This document shows, in pieces, positions 1-9,630 of a stretch of 64,000 nt of DNA. Every line of letters begins with the position of its first letter. The stretch's first letter is position 1. The DNA is taken from assembly GCA_964637955.1 (NCBI GenBank), contig CAZWXQ010000003.1, positions 95,154 through 159,153 of the forward strand, read 5' to 3'. A program made the translations under genes and the position numbers. Source of the DNA: an uncultured Gammaproteobacteria bacterium. Lineage in GTDB: Bacteria; Patescibacteriota; Microgenomatia; Levybacterales; UBA12049. The notes beneath the pieces are model-generated. The model was not told the origin of the DNA. It searched no databases and saw only the letters and a program-made list of their open reading frames with translations.

Positions 1-1
1 T

Positions 2-706
2 CATGCACCTGAAATGGGGCTTTTATATCTTGTTTCATTGCCATTTATTTTACTGGGAATGTACTTTTTTGTTAAAAACAAAATATCGGAATCTGTAGTT
101 ATTTTTATATGGTTATTATTGGCGCCTGTGGCTTCGTCATTGGCTGTTGAAGCTCCAAATGCATCGAGGAGCTTAATATTTTTACCTACTTGGGATATTT
201 TCTTCGCAGCAGGTATTGTTTTTTCTGAAAAAATTATTGCTAAAAAGTATTTAATCTATTTTAGAATTATTTTCTGGGGATTTTTGTTTATAAACTTTTT
301 GTATTTTACTCACCAATATTTTATTCATACTAATCAGTTAACTCAAAAAGATTGGCAATATGGATACAAAGAGGCAGTTGAGTTCGTTGAAAATGCAAGC
401 GCTGAATCTCCAGACGGTAAAATTATTTTTTCTCCTGACATTGAGCAAGGGTATGCATTTTATCTTTTCTACAGTAAATATTCTCCAAGTGAATATATTA
501 AAGAAGGCGGTTCAGATAGAATGTCTAGTGCTTGTTATTCGATAAAAAATTCTTATTTTGGAGATTGTAAGAATAATGCTAAGGCAGGTGACTTATTTGT
601 TACATCAAGAGAAACTCAAAATATTAATGAGCATGGGCTACAAAGTTTAAATGTTATAAAATTTGATAATGGATCGCCTGCAGTAATAATATATAAAGTG
701 AATTAG
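2..706 (+). CDS. GT-C fold membrane glycosyltransferase (ArnT/PMT-like), C-terminal part; 5' end lies before the window
   Basis: Frame is open to the window edge (HAPEMGLL...). Several TM segments, PNASR and WQYGYKEAV motifs shared with the next gene (PHALR, WQYGYKQAV). Confidence 0.75.
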   Translation, partial: HAPEMGLLYLVSLPFILLGMYFFVKNKISESVVIFIWLLLAPVASSLAVEAPNASRSLIFLPTWDIFFAAGIVFSEKIIAKKYLIYFRIIFWGFLFINFLYFTHQYFIHTNQLTQKDWQYGYKEAVEFVENASAESPDGKIIFSPDIEQGYAFYLFYSKYSPSEYIKEGGSDRMSSACYSIKNSYFGDCKNNAKAGDLFVTSRETQNINEHGLQSLNVIKFDNGSPAVIIYKVN

Positions 707-707
707 T

Positions 708-2381
708 ATGACGCATAAGCAAATTATTAAGTCTCTTCTTGTATTAATTTTCATTCTTGGGTTTGTGGTCAGGTTTTATAAATTAGGCTCTGTTCCACCT
801 TCTTTAAATTGGGATGAAGTAGCATTTGGATATAACGCGTATTCAATTGGAACAACTGGAAGAGATGAATTTGGAAAATTTTTACCATATACAGCACTCG
901 AATCGTTTGGAGATTATAAGCCGCCAGTTTATGCATACCTGGATATAATTCCAATAAAGATATTTGGCCTTAATGAAATTGGCGTGAGATTTCCTTCAGC
1001 ATTTTTTGGAAGTTTGGCTATACTACTTACTTTCTTTTTAGTCAGGCAAATTTTCCCCAAAAAACAAAAGGAAGAGAAAGAGAAGATTGATTTTATAGCA
1101 TTAATGTCTTCATTTTTGCTTGCAATTTCACCGTGGCACATAATGCTTTCTCGAGGGGCCTTTGAAGCTAACATAGCGAGTTTTTTCATAATACTAGGGA
1201 GTTTGTTCTTTTTTCTGGGAATTAACAGTAAGAAGTACTATTTAATTTTTTCAGCAATATTTTTAGCCATTCCATTTTATACATTTAATTCTGCAAGGGT
1301 ATTTATTCCAATTTTTGTATTAGGACTTGGGGTGTTATTTTTTAAGAAATTATTTAACTCAAAAAAAGAAGTGTTAATAGCGACAATGATTGGATTTTTA
1401 TTATTAGCGCCTCTTGTGCCATTCTTACTTTCTCCTCAAGCAGGTACAAGATTTAAAGAAGTTAATATCTTTTCTGACCCTCAAATTGTTATTAATTCCA
1501 ACTCTCAAATAGAAAAACATGGAAATTCAACATTTGCCAAAATAGTATTTAACAGACGAGTTGGATATGGATTGTCGTTTGCTAAGCATTATACTGATAA
1601 TCTTTCTCCTAAGTTTTTATTTATAACAGGAGACGGAAATCCAAGATTTTCAATTCAAAAAGTAGGACAACTTTTGATTTGGGAATTACCATTTTTAATA
1701 TTTGGAATTTATTTCTTACTTAAAAAAAGAGAGGGGTATTGGTATGTTGTTCCGTTCTGGCTTTTGATTGGAATTATTCCAGCAGCAATTGCAAAGGAAA
1801 CACCTCATGCGTTAAGAATAGAATCCGTAATTCCAATGTTCCAGATTCTTGTAGCATATGGATTCGTTTATTTTATGAGCCTGTTTAGTAAAAGATATGT
1901 GAAATTTATCTCAATATTATTAATTTTCTTGCTTCTGATTAATTTTTCTTATTTTTATAAATCACTTATGTACAGCTATCCCAGTAAATATGCATCTGAA
2001 TGGCAATATGGATATAAGCAGGCAGTAAGATTTGCTCGTGAGAATAAGAATAATTATAAAAAGGTTTACTTTACTCAGAGGTTAGGTAGACCGTATGTTT
2101 ACTATTTATTTTTCAATAAAATTTCTCCTGCTCAGTTTAGAGAAGATTCGCTAATAAATAGAGATGTGTTTGGTTTTGTTGATGTAAAGAGAGTAGACGG
2201 AAATATTTTCTTCGTGAATAATCTTAGTGAGATGTACGCAAAAGATCCTGATAATCTATTTATTGAATATTTAGGTGATGAAAAAGATATGAAATTTGAT
2301 GTTCCTGATGGAGCGAGCGTGCTTTATAAAATGTTCTTGCCTAATGGAAAAGGATTGTTTGTCGCGTACACTCGAAAGTAA
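708..2381 (+). CDS. ArnT/PMT_2-family (GT39/GT83-like) lipid-carrier-dependent glycosyltransferase
   Basis: N-terminal TM, then LNWDE acidic motif, DYKPP, VRFPSA, LLAISPWH; about 11 TMs and a soluble C-terminal domain. Confidence 0.85.
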   Translation: MTHKQIIKSLLVLIFILGFVVRFYKLGSVPPSLNWDEVAFGYNAYSIGTTGRDEFGKFLPYTALESFGDYKPPVYAYLDIIPIKIFGLNEIGVRFPSAFFGSLAILLTFFLVRQIFPKKQKEEKEKIDFIALMSSFLLAISPWHIMLSRGAFEANIASFFIILGSLFFFLGINSKKYYLIFSAIFLAIPFYTFNSARVFIPIFVLGLGVLFFKKLFNSKKEVLIATMIGFLLLAPLVPFLLSPQAGTRFKEVNIFSDPQIVINSNSQIEKHGNSTFAKIVFNRRVGYGLSFAKHYTDNLSPKFLFITGDGNPRFSIQKVGQLLIWELPFLIFGIYFLLKKREGYWYVVPFWLLIGIIPAAIAKETPHALRIESVIPMFQILVAYGFVYFMSLFSKRYVKFISILLIFLLLINFSYFYKSLMYSYPSKYASEWQYGYKQAVRFARENKNNYKKVYFTQRLGRPYVYYLFFNKISPAQFREDSLINRDVFGFVDVKRVDGNIFFVNNLSEMYAKDPDNLFIEYLGDEKDMKFDVPDGASVLYKMFLPNGKGLFVAYTRK

Positions 2382-2416
2382 AGCTAATCTGTTTATAGAA
2401 TATAATTATTTTATTG

Positions 2417-2425
2417 TGCTAGAAT
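2417..2425 (+). promoter_or_regulatory. Extended -10 promoter (TGcTAGAAT) 9 nt before ATG 2435
   Basis: TGn + TAGAAT at 2420-2425; no SD before the start. Confidence 0.55.
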
Positions 2426-2434
2426 CAAATTAAT

Positions 2435-4183
2435 ATGGCTTTATTACCTTCTATTAAGAAGCGTCTTTCGCATATTGATCTATCCAGGTCAAATCTCCTT
2501 TCCAAAAATAAAATTGCTTTTTATCTCTTTTTCTTAATAATCACAGCAATATTTTTTATAAATGGTCTTCATGAGAGTTATCCTGATGAATTCGATAATA
2601 TTATGGGTGGCTGGTATTCTCTTCATGGACATTTAATATATAAAGATTGGTTTACTCATCATGGACCGATTGCATATTGGATAGCAGCGATTGTAGAAAT
2701 ATTTAGTGGACAATCTTTCTTCAGGTTCAGAATTATTTATTCAATTTTATTAGTTTTATATATTTTTGGAACCTATTTATATTTAAAAAAAAGCTTGGGA
2801 TTTGAGAGAACCAAATTTTACCTTGCGTTTATAGGAATAGTTTCTGTCGCAGCAACTTACTTTTGGGCGCATATGCTTTTAGCAGATAGTTTATCTGGAT
2901 TTTTACTAGTTCCTGTTTTTGGTTTAATAATCCTTAAAACATATTATAAAAAAAGTCTTTCAATAAAAGATTTAGTTTTTATTTCAGTGCTATGTTTCTT
3001 GTCAATTCTAAGCTCTTTGACTTTTACATATTTGATTGCAGGAATATATTTTACTTCGCTTTTTCTTTATTTCTTTTTTCCTGAAAAGAAAGAGATCTTT
3101 AAACTTAAAAGTTTTTTGCCTTTTATTATTTTAATTTTTCCTTTCTTATGTTTCTTGTTATATCTTGTTCTGACTGGATCATTTGCATATTACATTAAAG
3201 ATGCTGTTGTATTTAACCAGAAATTCTATATTTATAATTATCCACGTCCGGAAGGTCAAACATTCATTAATCCTATAAGATTTGCGATTTTAATTGCTCA
3301 AGAATTCCAAAACAATTTTTCAACGCTTTTGGTTCAAGCAAGAAATTTTGAATTTACATATCCGTTTAATATTACATTGGCGATCATCAACACTTCATTG
3401 GTTATCTATCTTATTCTCAAGAGGCGTTTTGCGCTAGCTCTCTTTGTTGTTTTTTGTTTAATTTACTCAAACGGAAGGAGTAATCCTTTGACTTCAAGAG
3501 AGACCGACTATCAATCTGCGGTTTATATTATGTTCTCATTTTTTAATATGACATTTCTTATCTATGCAATGTATGAAGAGTTAAAGAAAGATTTAGAATA
3601 TCCTAAAAAATTAATAATGTCAGCATTATTTATTTTAGTGCTCATTTATTCATTTTTTTGCACAACTTTTCTCGTGAGGAAGTTTTCTTATAAAGCGTAC
3701 GATAAGTATATGGGTAAATCTCCTACCATATATGATAGGCCTAAAATAGCTCCTATAATAAATAGCATGGTTAGTAAAGATGAATATGCATTAATCGGCC
3801 CCTTTGAATTTGAAGAGCTTTTCTATATGAATGCAAAGCTTCCGACCAAATATCAAATTCTTATTCCTGGAATGGGTAAGTCGCCCGAGATTCAGCAAGA
3901 AATGATTTCTGACTTGCAAAAAAATAAACCTAAAGTCATTTATTTTGATCGAAAATTTTTTATTTTGGGAAGTAATCCAGAAATGCATGGTAAATTTTTC
4001 TTGGACTATTTGGACAATAATTATGTGAAGTTAATGGATTATGATGATGGAGATAATACTTATCATTCTAAAATTCCAATCGATGGTAAACTTGATTTAG
4101 ATGCTAGGCTTTATTTAGATAAAGACCGTGCAGCCGAGATTATCAAGGAGTTACTAGAAAAAAATATTATAGAAGCAAATTAA
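2435..4183 (+). CDS. Polytopic membrane protein, putative GT-C glycosyltransferase
   Basis: TM1 followed by PDEFDN acidic motif and YKDWFTHHGP; many TMs; extracytoplasmic C-terminal domain. Confidence 0.7.
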   Translation: MALLPSIKKRLSHIDLSRSNLLSKNKIAFYLFFLIITAIFFINGLHESYPDEFDNIMGGWYSLHGHLIYKDWFTHHGPIAYWIAAIVEIFSGQSFFRFRIIYSILLVLYIFGTYLYLKKSLGFERTKFYLAFIGIVSVAATYFWAHMLLADSLSGFLLVPVFGLIILKTYYKKSLSIKDLVFISVLCFLSILSSLTFTYLIAGIYFTSLFLYFFFPEKKEIFKLKSFLPFIILIFPFLCFLLYLVLTGSFAYYIKDAVVFNQKFYIYNYPRPEGQTFINPIRFAILIAQEFQNNFSTLLVQARNFEFTYPFNITLAIINTSLVIYLILKRRFALALFVVFCLIYSNGRSNPLTSRETDYQSAVYIMFSFFNMTFLIYAMYEELKKDLEYPKKLIMSALFILVLIYSFFCTTFLVRKFSYKAYDKYMGKSPTIYDRPKIAPIINSMVSKDEYALIGPFEFEELFYMNAKLPTKYQILIPGMGKSPEIQQEMISDLQKNKPKVIYFDRKFFILGSNPEMHGKFFLDYLDNNYVKLMDYDDGDNTYHSKIPIDGKLDLDARLYLDKDRAAEIIKELLEKNIIEAN

Positions 4184-4185
4184 TA

Positions 4186-4944
4186 ATGCAAAAAATTTCT
4201 GTAACGCTCGCTACATTAAATGAAGAGAAAAATATTGCTAAGGTTCTTGAATCCGTAAAAGATTTGGCAGACGAGATAGTAATTGTTGACGGTACTTCCA
4301 AAGATAAAACTGTTGAAATTGCAAAAGGATTTGGAGCGCATGTTATTGTTCGGGAAAACCCCAAAATATTCCATATAAATAAACAGATTGCTAATGATAA
4401 TGCTACTATGCCCTGGATTTTACAAATGGATGCGGATGAAAAAATTACTCCAGAATTATCAAGAGAAATTAAAGAAAGAATTGAAAATGAAGAAGTAAAT
4501 GGATATTGGATTCCTCGAAAAAATTATTTCCTTGGTAGATATCTAATGAAAGGTGGACAATATCCAGACTATACGATTAGATTGTACAGAAAAAATAAAG
4601 GAAAGCTCCCGCAGAAAGATGTTCACGAGCAAGCTGAGGTTGAAGGAAAAGTTGAGCATATGAAGCATCCAATGGAACATTTCCCATATGAGAGCTTTTC
4701 AAACTACTTATTTAAGTGGAAGAGATATAATTCGATTTTTGCAGATCAAATTAAAGAAGAGAGAAAAAATAAAAATATACTATTCAAATTAATCAAATCA
4801 ATCGACTATTTAATTATCAAGCCAATTTATTGGTTCTTATTAACTTATTTGAGACATAAAGGATTTATGGATTCATGGCAGGGATTTGTATTTTCATTCT
4901 TTTCAGCTTTGCGTTTTCCTGCCTCGTTTATTAAATCCATTTGA
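4186..4944 (+). CDS. GT2 glycosyltransferase (KdtX/WaaE-like beta-glucosyltransferase subfamily)
   Basis: NEE, VDGTSKD, WILQMDADE, YPDY, VHE and GFMD motifs. Confidence 0.85.
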   Translation: MQKISVTLATLNEEKNIAKVLESVKDLADEIVIVDGTSKDKTVEIAKGFGAHVIVRENPKIFHINKQIANDNATMPWILQMDADEKITPELSREIKERIENEEVNGYWIPRKNYFLGRYLMKGGQYPDYTIRLYRKNKGKLPQKDVHEQAEVEGKVEHMKHPMEHFPYESFSNYLFKWKRYNSIFADQIKEERKNKNILFKLIKSIDYLIIKPIYWFLLTYLRHKGFMDSWQGFVFSFFSALRFPASFIKSI

Positions 4945-4969
4945 TATTTTTCTGCAATCAAGTTAATAT
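4941..4969 (+). promoter_or_regulatory. Sigma70-like promoter TTGATA-17-TAATAT overlapping the upstream stop codon
   Basis: TTGATA 4941-4946 contains TGA stop 4942-4944; 17-nt spacer; TAATAT 4964-4969. Confidence 0.5.
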
Positions 4970-4988
4970 TGAACGAAATTAGAAATAT

Positions 4989-6158
4989 ATGATTCTGTTA
5001 ATTAAATCAACATTTTATAATGAAGCTGATGTTAAGAAGAAGCTTGCAAAATTTATATTGAAATCAAAAAAACTAAGCTTTGGAGAGGAATGTGTTAAGT
5101 TCGAAAAAAATTTCTCTAAGTATCAATCAAGAAAGAGATGCGTATTCGTTAACAGTGGTAGTTCTGCAAATTTAGCATTAATCCAGGCGTTAATTAATCT
5201 TGGAAGATTGAAAAAAGGAGATAAGGTTGGTTTTTCTTCTTTATCATGGAGCACGAATGCTATGCCTTTAATCCAGTTAGGGCTTAATCCAGTGCCGATT
5301 GATATTGAACTTAATTCTCTGAATGTATCAAGCCACACATTTAAAAAAGTTTTAGAAAAACAAAAATTAAAAGCTTTATTTTTAACAAATTTACTTGGTT
5401 TTTGTGATGATATAGATGAAATTAAAAATATTTGTAAAAAAAATAAAACTATTCTTATTGAGGACAATTGCGAATCTTTAGGGACCTTATATAAGGGTAT
5501 TAAGCTAGGTAATTTTGGATTAGCTTCGACATTCTCATTTTATGTTGGTCATCATATGTCAACCATAGAAGGTGGAGCAATATGCACAGATGATCATGAG
5601 CTGGCAGATATGCTTTCTCTTGTAAGAGCACATGGGTGGGATAGAAATTTAGAATTTGCAAAGCAAGATGAAATTAGAAAAAAATTTAAGGTAAATTCCA
5701 CATTTTATTCAAGATATACTTTTTATGACTTGGGTTATAATTTAAGACCAACTGATATAAGTGGATTTATAGGAAATTTAGAGATTAAACACATTGATGA
5801 GATAAACAAAAAAAGAAATGAAAATTTTCTAGAAATTTCTTCATGGTTATATAAAAATGATAAATATATTCCAATTAAATTTGACCACATAGATTTTATA
5901 TCTAATTTTGCTATACCGGTTTTATGTAAGTCAAAAGAAATAAGGGATGATCTAGTTAGGAGATGTGAAAATAGAGTTGAAATAAGACCGATTGTGGGAG
6001 GAGATTTATCTAGACAACCATTTTTTAAAAAATATGTTAAAAATTCTCTTAAAAATAAAAATTCCAAATTGGTACATGAGCAAGGATTGTATTTCGGAAA
6101 TAATCCTGAACTTACAAAAAAAGACAAAGCAGTTATAAAGAGCATTTTTGCTGATTAA
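4989..6158 (+). CDS. DegT/DnrJ/EryC1/StrS PLP enzyme, ColD-like NDP-4-keto-6-deoxyhexose 3-dehydratase
   Basis: VNSGSSAN, IEDNCESLG, FSFYVGHHMSTIEGG (His at the usual Schiff-base Lys position), HGW, GYNLRP. Confidence 0.8.
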   Translation: MILLIKSTFYNEADVKKKLAKFILKSKKLSFGEECVKFEKNFSKYQSRKRCVFVNSGSSANLALIQALINLGRLKKGDKVGFSSLSWSTNAMPLIQLGLNPVPIDIELNSLNVSSHTFKKVLEKQKLKALFLTNLLGFCDDIDEIKNICKKNKTILIEDNCESLGTLYKGIKLGNFGLASTFSFYVGHHMSTIEGGAICTDDHELADMLSLVRAHGWDRNLEFAKQDEIRKKFKVNSTFYSRYTFYDLGYNLRPTDISGFIGNLEIKHIDEINKKRNENFLEISSWLYKNDKYIPIKFDHIDFISNFAIPVLCKSKEIRDDLVRRCENRVEIRPIVGGDLSRQPFFKKYVKNSLKNKNSKLVHEQGLYFGNNPELTKKDKAVIKSIFAD

Positions 6159-6192
6159 GCATATACCACTTAATATTCCCTACCTATTTGTG

Positions 6193-6198
6193 TAAAAT
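6193..6198 (+). promoter_or_regulatory. -10 box TAAAAT 6 nt before galE ATG (leaderless-type)
   Basis: tgtgTAAAATagttatATG. Confidence 0.55.
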
Positions 6199-6204
6199 AG
6201 TTAT

Positions 6205-7182
6205 ATGAAGATACTTGTGACTGGGGGAGCAGGCTATATTGGAAGTTTCATGGTAGATTCCTTAGTAAAAAGAGGTGAAGAGGTTGTCGTAATTGACAAC
6301 TTAGAACGAGGCCATAGAGATGTAGTTAACGAACAGGCAAATTTTATTCAAGCAGATATACGAGATAGTGTAAAATTGGATGAGCTATTTTCGAATAGCA
6401 AGCTTGATGCAATAATACATTTTGCAGGTCTAATTTCCGTAGAAGAATCTACTAGGGAGCCCGAGCTTTATCATGAAATAAACGTAAATGGCTCAAATAA
6501 TTTGTTTACTTGTGCGATAAAGCATGGCATAAAAAATTTTATATTCAGTTCAACCGCGGCAGTTTATGGAAATCCAGAAGCTGTTCCTATTGTTGAAGAT
6601 CATCCTAAGAATCCCACGAGTCCATACGGAGAAACAAAACTTGAAACTGAGCGAAATCTAATTGAGCTTAGGGAAATGGATTCTGAAGTAAGCTTCGCTT
6701 GTCTAAGATATTTCAATGCTTGTGGGGCAGCTTTGGATGGGTCTATGGGGGAAGCGCATAGTCCAGAGACGCATATTATTCCACTTGCTATAAAAGCTAC
6801 GCTTAACAATCAAGCGTTTAAATTATTTGGTACGGATTATGATACCAAGGATGGAACTTGCGTTAGGGATTATATTCATGTTCTTGATTTGATTCAGGCT
6901 CATAATTTAGCGTTAGAAAAAATTTTAAATACCAAAGGTCAATATTTTTATAATGTTGGAACTGGTAATGGAATCACGAATAAAGAAGTTGCGCAAATGG
7001 TTATGAAAGTTAGCAGTTTAGATTTGAAGTTGGAAAATCATCCAAGAAGACCCGGTGATTCAGATAAATTAATAGCTGATTCAACTAAAATTAAAAATGA
7101 GTTAGGGTTTTTACCTGAATACTCAGATTTAGAAACAATAATTGGTTCGGCTTACAAATATCATGCAAAGCAAAGTGCTTAA
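6205..7182 (+). CDS. galE: UDP-glucose 4-epimerase
   Basis: GGAGYIGS, FSSTAAVYG, PYGETK, LRYFNACGA, DGTCVRDYIHV, RRPGD. Confidence 0.92.
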   Translation: MKILVTGGAGYIGSFMVDSLVKRGEEVVVIDNLERGHRDVVNEQANFIQADIRDSVKLDELFSNSKLDAIIHFAGLISVEESTREPELYHEINVNGSNNLFTCAIKHGIKNFIFSSTAAVYGNPEAVPIVEDHPKNPTSPYGETKLETERNLIELREMDSEVSFACLRYFNACGAALDGSMGEAHSPETHIIPLAIKATLNNQAFKLFGTDYDTKDGTCVRDYIHVLDLIQAHNLALEKILNTKGQYFYNVGTGNGITNKEVAQMVMKVSSLDLKLENHPRRPGDSDKLIADSTKIKNELGFLPEYSDLETIIGSAYKYHAKQSA

Positions 7183-7205
7183 TTTCTGCAAATAGCTTGA
7201 AATAA

Positions 7206-8267
7206 ATGAAAATTGGAATTGACATCTCACCATTAACGAGCGGACACTATTTACATCATAGGGTGAGAGGTACAGGATTTTATCTTACAAATTTAAAAGA
7301 TTCATTAGAAAAATATTTCCCTGAGAATGAATATTTATATTTTAAAAGAGGAGATGTAATTCCAAAAGATGTTGACTTGATTCATATTCCATACTTCGAG
7401 CCGTTTTTTTTAACTTTACCAATTATTAATAAACATAAACTCGTTGTTACAGTTCATGATTTAACTCCAATTGTATTTCCTAAAGAATTTCCTGCAGGGA
7501 TCAAAGGCAGATTAAAATGGGAAATGCAAAAAAATATTTTAAAAAGAGTAGATTCGATAATTACTGATTCAATTTCATCCAAAAAAGATCTTGAAAAATT
7601 TATAGGAATTAAATCAAATAAAATTGATGTAGTCCAACTAGCAGCAGCAGAGCATTTTCAAAATACAAAATCTAAAAATTTAAAAATAATTAGAAAATAT
7701 AATCTTCCCGAAAACTTCCTTTTGTATGTAGGAGATGCAACTTGGAATAAAAATCTTCCAAATATGATAAAAGCAGTAAACAAAACTGATTATAGTTTGG
7801 TTATAGTGGGTGGGGCTTTTACTAATAAAAACTATGATAAGAATAATCCTTGGAATAAAGATTTGCATGAGGCTCAGGTACTGGCTTCATCAAATGAAAA
7901 GATTTTACCACTAGGATTTATTCCAGATGAGGATTTGATTGAAATTTATAATCTAGCGACTTCGTTTATTATGCCCTCTTTTTACGAAGGATTTGGTTTG
8001 CCAGTTCTTGAAGCAATGCAGTCGGGATGTCCGGTAATAACTACAAAAGAAGGATCTCTTGCTGAAGTTAGTGACAGTGCGGCATATTTTGTAACTCCAT
8101 CTAGCATAGATTCAATTGAGGATGGAATCAGGGAAGTTATGGAAAGTAAAGATTTGCGTTTGGCGCTTTCAAAAAAAGGACTCGAACAGTCTAAGAAGTT
8201 TTCCTGGAGAGAAACTGCTCATAAAACAAATGAAGTTTATAAAAAGATATTGAATGAAAATTTATAA
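7206..8267 (+). CDS. GT4 glycosyltransferase (MtfB-like)
   Basis: MKIGID, TVHDL, KNL, PSFYEGFGLPVLEAMQSGCPV, FSW. Confidence 0.9.
   Translation: MKIGIDISPLTSGHYLHHRVRGTGFYLTNLKDSLEKYFPENEYLYFKRGDVIPKDVDLIHIPYFEPFFLTLPIINKHKLVVTVHDLTPIVFPKEFPAGIKGRLKWEMQKNILKRVDSIITDSISSKKDLEKFIGIKSNKIDVVQLAAAEHFQNTKSKNLKIIRKYNLPENFLLYVGDATWNKNLPNMIKAVNKTDYSLVIVGGAFTNKNYDKNNPWNKDLHEAQVLASSNEKILPLGFIPDEDLIEIYNLATSFIMPSFYEGFGLPVLEAMQSGCPVITTKEGSLAEVSDSAAYFVTPSSIDSIEDGIREVMESKDLRLALSKKGLEQSKKFSWRETAHKTNEVYKKILNENL
7981..8011 (+). repeat. 31-bp exact direct repeat, copy 1 (copy 2 at 36457-36487)
   Basis: tttacgaaggatttggtttgccagttcttga is identical at both sites; the bases on either side mismatch. Confidence 0.95.
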
Positions 8268-8299
8268 CATAATTTATATTTAAGGAAATTTCTTCAGTA

Positions 8300-8329
8300 T
8301 TGCTTCCAATTAGTCTTGTGCTGTATTAT
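8300..8329 (+). promoter_or_regulatory. Putative promoter TTGCTT-18-TATTAT, 10 nt before ATG 8340
   Basis: Direct reading of the intergenic gap. Confidence 0.45.
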
Positions 8330-8339
8330 TTAAGAGACA

Positions 8340-8897
8340 ATGGAATTAATAAATTTAGAAAATAAAGATTCCCAGAAATTAATAAAAGACTTGATAATAC
8401 GACCCTTAAGGGTTAATTTAGATGAGACTGGAGGAGTTTTAGTGGAAACTCTTAGACGCGATTGGGACGATGTTTATGGTGAAGGACGTGAATTTGCAAT
8501 GCAATATTTTTCCGTTACTTCATCTGGACTTGCGCGTGATGAGAAGGATTGGCATTTGCACCACAAGCAAGAGGATAGGTTTTTAGTTGTTGGAGGAGAG
8601 ATAGTAGTTTCAGTTGCAGATTATAGGAAGGAGTCTGAAACAAATGGAGTATTAAATTTATTTCATATGAAAGCTACGGAAAAACCGTATTTAATTTTAA
8701 TTCCAAAAGGAACACTCCATGGATTTATGGTGGTTGGAGATAGTGATGCAACTTTATTAAATTTTCCAACTCAAGTTTATAATCCAGAAGATGAGCTTAG
8801 AGTTTCACATGAAGAAGCAAGCATAAAAACTTCTAGTGGGCAGTTTTTCACCTGGAATATGGTTAGGGAAAAATTTCCAAATCTAAAAAAACCGTAG
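8340..8897 (+). CDS. RmlC-like cupin (NDP-4-keto-6-deoxyhexose 3,5-epimerase family)
   Basis: WHLHHKQEDRF, IPKGTLHGF, YNPEDE. Confidence 0.8.
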   Translation: MELINLENKDSQKLIKDLIIRPLRVNLDETGGVLVETLRRDWDDVYGEGREFAMQYFSVTSSGLARDEKDWHLHHKQEDRFLVVGGEIVVSVADYRKESETNGVLNLFHMKATEKPYLILIPKGTLHGFMVVGDSDATLLNFPTQVYNPEDELRVSHEEASIKTSSGQFFTWNMVREKFPNLKKP

Positions 8898-8898
8898 T

Positions 8899-9630
8899 AT
8901 GGCACAGCGCCTTTTGTCTCTTGTTTTGCCTGCCTTCAAACAAGAAAAAACAATCACTAAAGATATTAAGAACCTTTCAAAGGTTCTTTCTCTTTTGAAT
9001 TTAAATCACGAAATAATTGTGGTTGTTGATGGATTTGTAGATAAAACTTATCAAAATGTAAAAAGAAATAAAAATCCTCACGTAATTTTAATCGGCTATG
9101 AAAAAAATCAAGGGAAGGGTTATGCTATAAAACGTGGGGTTGAGAAGGCGAATGGAGATATAATTGGATTTATAGATGCCGGAATGGACCTCGATCCTAA
9201 AGAGATATCATTAATGTTAAATATTATGGACTGGAACAAAGCAGATATTGTTCTGGGAAGTAAGCTTCATCCCGATTCAATAATAAATTATCCGACAAGT
9301 AGAAAAATTTTATCGTGGGGTTACAGATTGATTATAAAGATTTTATTTAAATTAAATGTTAAAGATACGCAGGTTGGACTAAAATTATTTAAAAGGAATG
9401 TTGCAAAAAACGTGTTTCCCAAGATTGTAGTAAAAGCGTTCGCGTTTGATGTAGAAGTGTTAGCGGTTGCTCAGTCTTTGGGATACGTGAAGATTTATGA
9501 GGCTCCAATAAAATTAAAGTTTCGACAGGGTTCCATAACATCATCGAACTTTTGGAAAGTAAGCTTTTGGACATTATGGGACACACTGGCTGTATTTTAT
9601 CGAATAAATATACTTAAATATTATAAATAA
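8899..9630 (+). CDS. GT2 polyprenol-phosphate glycosyltransferase (DPM1/ALG5-like)
   Basis: NQGKGYA, FIDAGMDL, DTQVGLKLF, FAFDVE. Confidence 0.85.
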   Translation: MAQRLLSLVLPAFKQEKTITKDIKNLSKVLSLLNLNHEIIVVVDGFVDKTYQNVKRNKNPHVILIGYEKNQGKGYAIKRGVEKANGDIIGFIDAGMDLDPKEISLMLNIMDWNKADIVLGSKLHPDSIINYPTSRKILSWGYRLIIKILFKLNVKDTQVGLKLFKRNVAKNVFPKIVVKAFAFDVEVLAVAQSLGYVKIYEAPIKLKFRQGSITSSNFWKVSFWTLWDTLAVFYRINILKYYK

